Program-made: the position numbers and the translations under genes | Shown here: piece by piece, positions 30,081-38,475 of the stretch | Position numbering within the stretch: position 1 is the stretch's first letter | Layout of the letters: every line of letters starts with the position of its first letter | From: Polyangiaceae bacterium | Lineage (GTDB): Bacteria; Myxococcota_A; Polyangia; Polyangiales; Polyangiaceae | Direction of reading: 5' to 3' | Assembly (NCBI GenBank): GCA_050287085.1 | Contig: JBNKBE010000001.1 | Location: 1 to 64,000, forward strand | Length of the DNA: 64,000 bases | The notes under the pieces: generated by a model | Seen by the model: the letters and a program-made list of their open reading frames with translations, nothing else | The model's database searches: none | What the model was told of the DNA's origin: nothing

Positions 30081-31085
30081 TCAGCGCGGTCGAAACAGAA
30101 TCCATAACGCCCAGGCGGTAAGTCCGAAGGGCACTAGGTAAGCCGTCACCTTCAAAGGCAAAGGTGTCCGCTCCCACCACGAGTCCAGCTGAGCCGCGCC
30201 AGAAAGCGGGGTCGGCTCGCCACTAGCCCAAGGACCGGGAGGCGCAATGAAAGGCAACGAATCCCCATCCGGGCGAGTTTGAAGTGACGAGTCGACCGCC
30301 GTCGCGGGCGCAACCCGCTCTGAAATCGGCAGACTGGCGGTGACCGCGAGTTCCAGGGGGTCGCGGCGCAGGTTCACCCCAGACGATCCGGGAGCCGGCA
30401 CCGCAGGGCGTCTCGTCGACTCCGGCAAGGCCGTATCGTCCGGGAGGGGCAACACGACGGCCCCAAACGTTTCCACCGAAGTGAGGGCAGCCGTAACCGG
30501 CTGCCCATGGCTGCCGGGATAGTCATCGCGCTGAGCGCATAGGGTGCGGACCCTAGCGCCATGCGCCGCCCCTGAGCCGACAGCGCCGCTCGATGCACAA
30601 GCTCGACCCCCTGGCCCCGGTTGCGCCCCCTGAAGTAGTAGTGTCTCACGCGAAGCAACCGATCGCTCAGCCGCCGCAGGGGCGAGGCCATGCCCCTCCC
30701 GGCTCATGCCCGAAAACGGCGGGGGCGAAGGGCCCCCCGGTGAGGGCGACGGCGCCGGCAAGACCCCCTCGCCGTCTCCGAGCCTCAGGTAGCGGAGCAC
30801 CGCGTCCCCCAGTCTTAGCTCGCTTCCCGGTGGAACACGCGCCCAGCCGACGAGCGAAGGCGTCGAGTTAATCCAGATGGGACGTTCTGGATGGAGCCCT
30901 GCAACGTAGAGCTCGGCGCCGTCGAAGTAGAGAAACGCGTGAAAAGGCTCGACTCCAGGCGCATCGAGTTGCCAGGCCGCGTGCCGGCCTAGCGAAACAG
31001 GCCCCCGGCTTCTTCCCAGCTCGAAGGCGCCCACGGTCTGTGGAGATATGCCCACCGCGATCTCAAGCTTCCAACGCTCTCCCAT
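30081..31085 (-). CDS. FHA-like domain protein with Pro-rich linker and C-terminal TM helix
   Basis: VSLGR..GVEPFHAFLY..ELRLGDAVL; C-terminal hydrophobic segment; start uncertain. Confidence 0.65.
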   Translation of the reverse strand: MGERWKLEIAVGISPQTVGAFELGRSRGPVSLGRHAAWQLDAPGVEPFHAFLYFDGAELYVAGLHPERPIWINSTPSLVGWARVPPGSELRLGDAVLRYLRLGDGEGVLPAPSPSPGGPSPPPFSGMSREGHGLAPAAAERSVASRETLLLQGAQPGPGGRACASSGAVGSGAAHGARVRTLCAQRDDYPGSHGQPVTAALTSVETFGAVVLPLPDDTALPESTRRPAVPAPGSSGVNLRRDPLELAVTASLPISERVAPATAVDSSLQTRPDGDSLPFIAPPGPWASGEPTPLSGAAQLDSWWERTPLPLKVTAYLVPFGLTAWALWILFRPR

Positions 31086-31366
31086 ATGCGGCTGCAACAT
31101 ACCAGGATGGATACCACCACCCAAGGTCACATCTTGACTCCTCTCTTGCCACAACCCCACGACGGTTTCATCCCGGAGCAACGCTGGCGAAAGTCCTGGA
31201 CGAGAAACAGGCAAGAAACTTTGTAGCGCGCCGCCTTTCCAAGCGGTCTCGAACTTTTTGCGACGCCTGGCACCGCGGCGCGAACGCGTGGATCAGCGCC
31301 CCTTGTTTGCGCAGCGGAGGTTTACAACCGCCCGAGAGGTCCCATAGTACCCCGCAAGGTGGAGTG

Positions 31367-31627
31367 ATGGAGGACCCTCAATACGGCGGAGGCATTCCGC
31401 ATCGAGCACTGGTGCCCCAAGCGGGTCAGAGCAGAGATAGCTTGCTCGAATACAAGGCAGAGCTCCTGTGGCGCCTTCTGCTCAAGCGGCGCGGCGTCAG
31501 AACCGTCGGAGTCGACCGAACAGCGCTAGAGGGCCCTTGTCTCATCGTGATGGCAGAGTCGAGCATCGCAAACCACGTGCCACGTCAGTTCGCGGGCGTG
31601 CCTGTGCGTTTTGAGGCCATCGCTTAG
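31367..31627 (+). CDS. Small hypothetical protein (86 aa)
   Basis: GGTGGAG RBS; globular-looking GVRTVGV..LIVM..VPRQFAGVPVRFE; fills the gap between minus-strand genes. Confidence 0.45.
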   Translation: MEDPQYGGGIPHRALVPQAGQSRDSLLEYKAELLWRLLLKRRGVRTVGVDRTALEGPCLIVMAESSIANHVPRQFAGVPVRFEAIA

Positions 31628-31653
31628 CGTCCCCCGCCGCTCGAGGCTCAGGG

Positions 31654-33015
31654 CTAACAACCCTCTTCTGGCTCCGCATCGCCCATTTCGTGTTCTGCGT
31701 TGCGAGATTGCATCAACTGGAAAACGGCAACCCGAGCTGCCTCCAGCACCAAGCGCAATGGGGCTCCGCTGGCCTGCGCTAGCTCGCGACAACTTTCGAA
31801 CTCGGGCTTGCCGTGGAATTCAGGACTCCCCGGAGCTCCGCTTAGCTTGACTCGCACCGAACCGTAGGGCGTGTCGACGAGCAGAGCCTCTCGGGGCAAA
31901 GCGTATCGCCCACAGGCTGACCACCGCACCCCAATGCTGCTGCTTTCGCGCAAGAGCAGCGAACTCAATCGAGCGCGATCCCCTGAGGGGCCCAAACATG
32001 AGAGGAGCCAACCGGGGCGCCCCTTCTTGCCCGTAATTGGCTCCGCCCAGGCGTCTAGCGCGCCTCCTTGCAGCAACTGCTCGATGACGTGAGCCACCAC
32101 TTCGCCCGTCATATCATCGACGTTACATTGCACCAACACCAGCGCTTCGCTCCCGGACTCTGCTACGGACTCCCCCAACACCAAGCGCAGGAGATTGGGC
32201 CGCGTTGACAGCACCCGCGAGCCCGCGCCATAGCCCACAACCTGCGGCGCCATTTCCGGCCAGGACGCAAAGCGAGTCGCCACCGTGGCAACGATCGCAG
32301 CGCCCGTGGGTGTCACCGTCTCCCCGCGCACCGAGCTCCCATAGGTCGGCACGCCCCGTAGCGCCAGCAACGTGGCAGGTGCGGGCAAGGGAAGAGTGCC
32401 GTGCTGGCACTCGACGACCCCGTTCCCAATGGGCAGCGGAGCGCATACGACTTGACTCCCCAGGTAGAGCAGTCCGTGGGCGACTAGGACCACGTCGAGG
32501 ATCGAATCAACAGCGCCGACCTCATGAAAATGCACGCGTTCGACGTCGACTCGATGCACCTGCGCTTCCGCCTCGGCCAACCGTCGAAAGATCTGCTGGG
32601 CAAGCCCTCGCGTGTCTCGCGGTAGCGGACTCATCTCGATCAGACGACGAATCGCAGCGTAGTCGCGCGGGGGCTGAGCCGACTCGGCAATGGCGAAACG
32701 CGCCGCCCCGATTGCACCGGCCATGCCGCGCTGGAACTCGATGGCCACACCCGACAAGGCCAGCGCCTGCACCGCCGCTTCGAAGGTCTGACGCGGCACT
32801 CCGAGATCGTAGAGAGCCGCCACGAGCATGTCGCCGGCTACCCCGGTCGGCGCATCGATGAATAAGGTGCCTCCCCGCCCGGGCTCCAGAACTAGGGGTT
32901 CGCACGTTGCGGGGACGTGAATGAAGCCATAGTCCCTAGCCTTTGACGATGATGCGCTGCTGGCCCCCGCATCGTCGCGCTGATGACGACGCGCAGCGCG
33001 ACTACGAGGCAGCAT
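31654..33015 (-). CDS. larC: Nickel-pincer cofactor biosynthesis protein LarC
   Basis: GVAGDMLVAAL, AEAQVH, HFHEVGAVDSILD, HGTLPLPAPAT, TPTGAA, NVDDMTGE, KKGRPG, KPEFE. Confidence 0.92.
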   Translation of the reverse strand: MLPRSRAARRHQRDDAGASSASSSKARDYGFIHVPATCEPLVLEPGRGGTLFIDAPTGVAGDMLVAALYDLGVPRQTFEAAVQALALSGVAIEFQRGMAGAIGAARFAIAESAQPPRDYAAIRRLIEMSPLPRDTRGLAQQIFRRLAEAEAQVHRVDVERVHFHEVGAVDSILDVVLVAHGLLYLGSQVVCAPLPIGNGVVECQHGTLPLPAPATLLALRGVPTYGSSVRGETVTPTGAAIVATVATRFASWPEMAPQVVGYGAGSRVLSTRPNLLRLVLGESVAESGSEALVLVQCNVDDMTGEVVAHVIEQLLQGGALDAWAEPITGKKGRPGWLLSCLGPSGDRARLSSLLLRESSSIGVRWSACGRYALPREALLVDTPYGSVRVKLSGAPGSPEFHGKPEFESCRELAQASGAPLRLVLEAARVAVFQLMQSRNAEHEMGDAEPEEGC

Positions 33016-33778
33016 GGGTGTCCTCTCTTCGGCCGCAACCCAGAATGCGCAGGGCTGCCATCGCAGCGCCATACCCGTTGTCGATGTTCACACACGTCAA
33101 GCCGGCTGCACATGACGTAAGCATCCCCGCAAGTGCGGCAAAACCGCCGCTCCCGACTCCATACCCGACGGACGTTGGCACGGCGATAACGGGCGCAGCC
33201 ACCAGTCCGCCGATAACGCTCGCCAGCGCACCCTCCATCCCCGCCACGACAATGATGATCCGAGCACGACGCAAACGCTCTAGCTCCGCCAGCAGACGGT
33301 GCAGCCCAGCTACGCCGCAGTCGACTACAACCTCGGCGGCCACACCTGCGACGGCAAGAGTACAGCGGGCTTCCTCGACGACGGGCTGATCGGACGTACC
33401 CGCGCTGACGATCAATACCGAGACCTCCGCCGACTCTGGAAGCGGCTTGGCAATCATACCCACCCGAGCCACGGGTTGGTATTCGATGGGCAGCCCAAGT
33501 TGTTGCACCGCACTGGCCTTGTCGGGTGACAGTCGCGTGATCAGCAGCGGCTGTCCGCGCGCAGCCACCGACTCGCCGATAGCCTTGATCTGTTCCGGTG
33601 TCTTTCCTTGACCAAAGACGACCTCCGGCATGCCCTGTCTCAGTTCGCGATGATGATCGACACGCGCAAACCCTAGATCATCAAAGGGCAAGCGAACGAG
33701 GGCCTCCTCGGCCTCCTCGAGAGATACAGCACCACGCCTCACGCGGAGCAACAGCTCACGCACCTGCTCAGGGCTCAT
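33002..33778 (-). CDS. larB: Nickel-pincer cofactor biosynthesis protein LarB
   Basis: ARVDHHR..PEVVFGQGKT, AGTSD, DCGVAGLHRL, AGMEGAL, PTSVGYG, VNIDNGYGA. Confidence 0.93.
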   Translation of the reverse strand: MSPEQVRELLLRVRRGAVSLEEAEEALVRLPFDDLGFARVDHHRELRQGMPEVVFGQGKTPEQIKAIGESVAARGQPLLITRLSPDKASAVQQLGLPIEYQPVARVGMIAKPLPESAEVSVLIVSAGTSDQPVVEEARCTLAVAGVAAEVVVDCGVAGLHRLLAELERLRRARIIIVVAGMEGALASVIGGLVAAPVIAVPTSVGYGVGSGGFAALAGMLTSCAAGLTCVNIDNGYGAAMAALRILGCGRREDTHAAS

Positions 33779-33943
33779 GGCCCTCGCTCTAGCCTGCGCG
33801 CGCCCGGAGAGCAACTCGAGTCCTGTCGAGGCCCGCACTCCGAAGGTAGAGCCCACCCCACCCGGGCCCAGCCGGCCTCCGCCCCGAGTTCGCTGTAGTC
33901 GCGGGCCTTGGCAGCCGCCGCTAATCGTGCTCATCTTTCCGCC

Positions 33944-34522
33944 ATGCCGCTCGCGTCACTACCTCTGATCGGTTTCGCGATCGGTGCCATGATGACCCTC
34001 GCGGCGACCCGAGGCGGCCGCGAGCGCGGGGCCGACATGGACGCACCATTCCGACTGGTTCTGCTGCTCAGTCTTCTGGTCCACACCCCCGCGGCGACCT
34101 GCCTGCTCGTCTACCACACCGACTGGTGCTTATCTTTTGCGTTTCCCAGCGACGACCTGCCTCGTCTCGCCATTCCGCTGGCGATGTTTGCCAACCTGAT
34201 CTCGCTCCCCCTTGGCTTCCTCGCCGCTGAGCGCTCGGCTCGCTCGGGCGGCACTCAGGGGGTCCTTGTGCGCGCGGGCATCGCCCTGGGTGCGGTGACT
34301 TTGCTCAGCGCGCTGTTTTGGACCGAGCTGGGGACAGACGCGAGCTACACGCAATTTCACAACGGATTCGGGACCCAGAACCTCTCTGGGAGCGTCCTCG
34401 GCTACACGCTGATTTGGATGGTCGTGATGCTGCTCGCAGGAACGCTCTACACTCACCACTCGATTCGCGCGTGCACCCTGCCTCCATACAACCGCGCCTC
34501 CCCGCCAAACGTTACCCCCTAA
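33944..34522 (+). CDS. Hypothetical multi-pass membrane protein
   Basis: About 5 hydrophobic segments; directly upstream of pmbA. Confidence 0.7.
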   Translation: MPLASLPLIGFAIGAMMTLAATRGGRERGADMDAPFRLVLLLSLLVHTPAATCLLVYHTDWCLSFAFPSDDLPRLAIPLAMFANLISLPLGFLAAERSARSGGTQGVLVRAGIALGAVTLLSALFWTELGTDASYTQFHNGFGTQNLSGSVLGYTLIWMVVMLLAGTLYTHHSIRACTLPPYNRASPPNVTP

Positions 34523-34535
34523 GCGAAGCGAAGAA

Positions 34536-35897
34536 ATGACGGATACAGACCTCAAAGCATTGTCCCACCTCGCTGGCCGTTTGGTCGAGCAGTCTCTTTC
34601 TAGGGGCGTTTCTGTGGCCGAGGCTTCCGCACGCCAAGGGTGGGAGTTGAGCACGCGTGTCCGTCTTGGCAAGGTGGAGCTCCTATCGGAAGCGGGACAT
34701 AGCTCGGTGTCCCTCCGCGTCATGCGCGAGGGCCGCGTGGCGACGACCGCTACCAGCGACACGTCCGAAGCCGGCCTCAATCGAGCGGTCGAAGACGTCC
34801 TCGAACTGCTCGAAGTCACGGAACCGGACGCCTTCGCTGGACCCGCCGACGAACCCCCGGCGAAGTTCGAGCCGGACTCCTTGGAGCTCTTTGACCCCTC
34901 GCTCGATCAACTCGATGCGGCTCGCGCCGTCGAACTCGCTCAAGAACTGGAGCGCGCAGCACTCGACTCCGATCCACGCCTGAGCCTGAGTGAAGGAGCG
35001 AGTGTCGCACGGGTAACGGGCGCGTCGGCGCTGGTTCTGTCGACCGGATTTAGCTCGACTCAACGGGGGTCCTACGTCTCCCTGAGCGCCGCACCGGTTG
35101 CGGTCGACGAAAAGGGCAAGCGTCATCGTGGTTCCTACTACAGCGCCCGACGTCACTATGAGGACCTGGCCACGCCCGCCGCAGTGGGCGCGGAAGCTGC
35201 GCGGCGCGCGCTGCGTCAGCTCGGGACGCGCAAGACCCAATCGACGCAGGTTCCGGTCATCTTCGAATACGGTGTGGCTCGCTCTCTCTTGGGCGCCCTT
35301 GCCGGCGGCATTTCAGGTGGAGCGCTGTGGCGCAAGAGCAGCTACCTGCTCGATCGTCTCAACACCCAGGTCGCGAGCCCACACGTCACGCTCCGTGACG
35401 ATCCGCTGCAGCGCCGTGGACCCAGCTCTCGCGCGTTCGACGGCGAAGGACTCGCCAGCCGACAGCAGACAGTGGTCGAGAACGGCGTGCTCAAGACGTA
35501 CCTACTCGATAGCTACAGCGGTCGCAAACTGGGCATGCCCTCTACCCACAGCGCAAGTCGAACCGGCGCAAGCGTAAGCGCAGGCGCGACCAACTTGATC
35601 TTGACTCCGGGCACCATGACGCTCGACGAGCTGATCCGCGACACACACCGCGGGCTCTTGGTGACGGATCTCATGGGCTTTGGCTACAACGCCATCACCG
35701 GTGACTTCTCGCGTGGCGCCACAGGCCTCTGGATCGAAAACGGGGAGCTGGCTTACCCCGTGAGTGAACTCACACTGTCCGGCAATCTGGACGATATGCT
35801 AAAATCGATCGATGCCATTGCCAATGACGTCCACGACGAGTCCTCGATTCAAACGCCGTCATTTCGCATTGCCCGCATGACCGTCGGTGGTGAATAG
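34536..35897 (+). CDS. pmbA: TldD/PmbA family protein (PmbA/TldE type)
   Basis: RAFDGEG, NGVLKTYLLD, NAITGDFSRGA..GLWIENGE, TPSFRI..MTVGG; no HExxxH. Confidence 0.88.
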   Translation: MTDTDLKALSHLAGRLVEQSLSRGVSVAEASARQGWELSTRVRLGKVELLSEAGHSSVSLRVMREGRVATTATSDTSEAGLNRAVEDVLELLEVTEPDAFAGPADEPPAKFEPDSLELFDPSLDQLDAARAVELAQELERAALDSDPRLSLSEGASVARVTGASALVLSTGFSSTQRGSYVSLSAAPVAVDEKGKRHRGSYYSARRHYEDLATPAAVGAEAARRALRQLGTRKTQSTQVPVIFEYGVARSLLGALAGGISGGALWRKSSYLLDRLNTQVASPHVTLRDDPLQRRGPSSRAFDGEGLASRQQTVVENGVLKTYLLDSYSGRKLGMPSTHSASRTGASVSAGATNLILTPGTMTLDELIRDTHRGLLVTDLMGFGYNAITGDFSRGATGLWIENGELAYPVSELTLSGNLDDMLKSIDAIANDVHDESSIQTPSFRIARMTVGGE

Positions 35898-35906
35898 CAC
35901 CAAAGA

Positions 35907-36482
35907 CTACTGAGCCGAGAGCACAGCTTGAAGCGAATCCCTGTCGTTGGCGACACGCTCTGCGCCACGGGGCAAACGTCCACTGCCACCGACTACGACG
36001 ACCCGCGACTTGGGCAGCTCCGAGGCAAGCGCACGACAGACTTCCGCCACAGGCAGTGCTCCAAGACGGTCTTCGGAAATCACAACAAGCTCCGGAGCCC
36101 GCCTGCCGGCAGCAATGAGCAACGTTGCGACATCGCCGACTGCGGCATTTGACGCCCCGGCGGTGCCTCGTAGCCAGCGCTGCTGCGACGCCGTCAACAG
36201 CAACACAGCTGTAGGTCCGGCCGAAAGCGAGCGCTCTTCCATACCGCACGTCTCCAGAAACGTGACGACCGCTTGCGGCTCAAAGCGGAGATGCCGTCCG
36301 GGGGTTCTGAAATGTTGGATCAATCCCTCGGTCACCCAATTGTGGACTGTCTTCTGTTCGACCCCACACAACTCTGCCACAGCGCGAGCTGTGAGCGGTC
36401 GTGCACCATCCGTCTTGCCTGCTGCCTCTTTGAGGCGGCGCAGTGCGGCAGAGCTCGTCGATGACTTACTTTGTTCGTTCAC
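35907..36482 (-). CDS. Excisionase/BldC-like HTH protein with degenerate receiver-like C-domain
   Basis: LTARAVAELCGVEQKTVHNW..RTPGRHLRF; C-terminal PELVVIS..PKSRVVVV. Confidence 0.75.
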   Translation of the reverse strand: MNEQSKSSTSSAALRRLKEAAGKTDGARPLTARAVAELCGVEQKTVHNWVTEGLIQHFRTPGRHLRFEPQAVVTFLETCGMEERSLSAGPTAVLLLTASQQRWLRGTAGASNAAVGDVATLLIAAGRRAPELVVISEDRLGALPVAEVCRALASELPKSRVVVVGGSGRLPRGAERVANDRDSLQAVLSAQ

Positions 36483-36551
36483 TTTGGAATCTCGATATTC
36501 GTATTGTAGAGGCCATCATGGTGAAGCCATAGCGTTCACCTTGACGTGAGT

Positions 36552-36572
36552 TATGCTGCATCAAGCAGCATA
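36552..36572. promoter_or_regulatory. Perfect inverted repeat TATGCTGC-N5-GCAGCATA (operator or terminator)
   Basis: Read directly; lies between the LTD-gene stop and the HTH-gene start. Confidence 0.5.
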
Positions 36573-36590
36573 GAGACCATGTCGCAGGCG

Positions 36591-37982
36591 CTAGCGACCT
36601 TGATTTGGGCCTGCCGGGGACGCACCGGGCGCTGCGTGATAGACGAATCCATTTGGATCCGTGTCCGGCGTTTCGGGGGAACGCCTAGCAACGCTCACGC
36701 CGGACAGTGCTTTGATGGGAGGGAAAGCCGACCACACAGTGCCGGTTTCGTCCGAGAGCTTTAGCCGTTCGCCGGAGTTAGACAACCCTGTTCCACCTAG
36801 ACGCGGGACGGTCATCAGGTGCTTGTTCTCATCCGGTACAAGGCGAGGCTCGAGGTGAACCGAGAAGTCCTCAGGAGCGATCACGACATACTCTCCCGGA
36901 TCCAGAACACGACTGGAAAGCTCCACATCGGCGACTTCGTCGCCGAGCCGCCAGCCGCCGAGATCTACCGCTGACGAACCGTCATTATAAAGCTCGACCC
37001 ATTCTTGCTGCGGCTCGGGCCCAAGGGGGTTTGCAAGAACCTCGTTGATTATGACATGCGGCCGTCTGTCGCCCGTCACGACAGTGGGTTCCGCTGCGCG
37101 CACCTGGCCGTCGCCCGTGTAGGCCTGTACCGAGAGCTGCAGCTGCTCGCGCGGCGCTAGACCGCGCAACACCCAAACGGCCCCTTGCTGAAGCTCAAAC
37201 GCCCCACGCATTCGACCGGCGAGCGTCCAGAAGGCGTCAGACTGGACGAGCGCCCAGAGGCGATCGTCCTCGACATGAACACACTCGTCCAAGAGCATAG
37301 ACTCCCCGGCGCCACAAGTGCGCGCAGGCGACGTGAGCGCCGACTCGGCCACCCCAGACAGCTTGGTCGGTTCGATCCAACGCTCCTGAAAGACTCTGGG
37401 CAGTCGCACTGTGGCGCCAGGTCTCGCCGAGAACCCAAGACAGCTCGATTCACCAGGGACGACAAAACACTCCAACGCACCATCGCAGAGCGATTTCCAA
37501 TCTACGCCTGAAGCACAGAACACAGCGAAGCGCCCCGGCGCGCCGCGGGGCCAACGGCGACGCAATACGCGTGATTCAGGATGAGCGCCAATCTGAAGAG
37601 GAAACAATCCGTGCCCCGGAACGCTCAATACATAGCTGTCAGGCTCTAGCAGCTGCCCCGCCGCGAGCTGCCCATCGGGCATGGCGACAAGCGGGAGCAA
37701 ACGGGCTTCCAGGTTACGCGAGAGGCTCTCGTTGTCGATACGGCTTCGTTCGTAGGCCGACAGGTCCCCCCTCACGAGCCGCACCGGGCCGAACACGTCG
37801 CTTTGCGGGGGTGAGAACTCCACCACGGGGGGCACCTCGCAGGGAACTTCGGGTGTGCATGCCACCCCGCTCACCAAGATGCTCAGCGCGGGCACTTCGG
37901 CGGTACGCCCCGCTTCGCGCAAGTCGTCGGCGCAAGCGCCGAAAGCCAGACACAAACAACCGACCAGCCAAGACCGCTCCAT
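36591..37982 (-). CDS. Lamin-tail-domain lipoprotein
   Basis: FGAC lipobox; C-terminal VIINEVLANP..EWVELYN..LSNSGE..ASPA. Confidence 0.8.
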   Translation of the reverse strand: MERSWLVGCLCLAFGACADDLREAGRTAEVPALSILVSGVACTPEVPCEVPPVVEFSPPQSDVFGPVRLVRGDLSAYERSRIDNESLSRNLEARLLPLVAMPDGQLAAGQLLEPDSYVLSVPGHGLFPLQIGAHPESRVLRRRWPRGAPGRFAVFCASGVDWKSLCDGALECFVVPGESSCLGFSARPGATVRLPRVFQERWIEPTKLSGVAESALTSPARTCGAGESMLLDECVHVEDDRLWALVQSDAFWTLAGRMRGAFELQQGAVWVLRGLAPREQLQLSVQAYTGDGQVRAAEPTVVTGDRRPHVIINEVLANPLGPEPQQEWVELYNDGSSAVDLGGWRLGDEVADVELSSRVLDPGEYVVIAPEDFSVHLEPRLVPDENKHLMTVPRLGGTGLSNSGERLKLSDETGTVWSAFPPIKALSGVSVARRSPETPDTDPNGFVYHAAPGASPAGPNQGR

Positions 37983-38132
37983 TCAGGCGATTCGATCTCC
38001 GACGAGTCGAGTTGCTGAAAACGACAGTCTCCGTCACCACAGCCGCCGCGGCGGTCTTTGGGGCTCCGGGGGGCGAGGCGAGCTGCTCGCTTTCCTTTGC
38101 AACGTCCCCGCGCCTCGCGCTAGCGTCTCCGA

Positions 38133-38354
38133 GTGGACGCACAGGCGCTTGTTGAACTGCGACGCACGCTGAACTGGTCAACCCTCCAGCTTGCCCGTGC
38201 TTTATCCGTCGCGCAGCGCCTGGTTCTCCAATGGGAAGCGGGCGAGCGCTTCACCACCAAACGCCATCACCAAGGCCTCTGTGCGCTGCGCGACGCGCAC
38301 GACAAGTCGACCCCCGCGGCCTCCCCAAGGGCAAGTGCTTCCGGCGAGGACTAG
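38133..38354 (+). CDS. Small XRE-type helix-turn-helix protein
   Basis: LRRTLNWSTLQLARALSV..VLQWEAGERF; GTG start. Confidence 0.6.
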   Translation: MDAQALVELRRTLNWSTLQLARALSVAQRLVLQWEAGERFTTKRHHQGLCALRDAHDKSTPAASPRASASGED

Positions 38355-38475
38355 CCCAGGGACAGCCCAGGGGAGGGGCCGGGCCTGCGGAGGCCGCAAC
38401 GACCTCCGCCCCGCTTGAGCAAAGCCGTGGAGCTCCACGCCGTCTGCTCGTAGCGCTCGACGGCACCGCAACGGC

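Noticed and set aside
35907..36482. Prophage or ICE excisionase
   Set aside because: No integrase, att-like repeat, tRNA or phage genes nearby; fused receiver-like domain indicates a regulator
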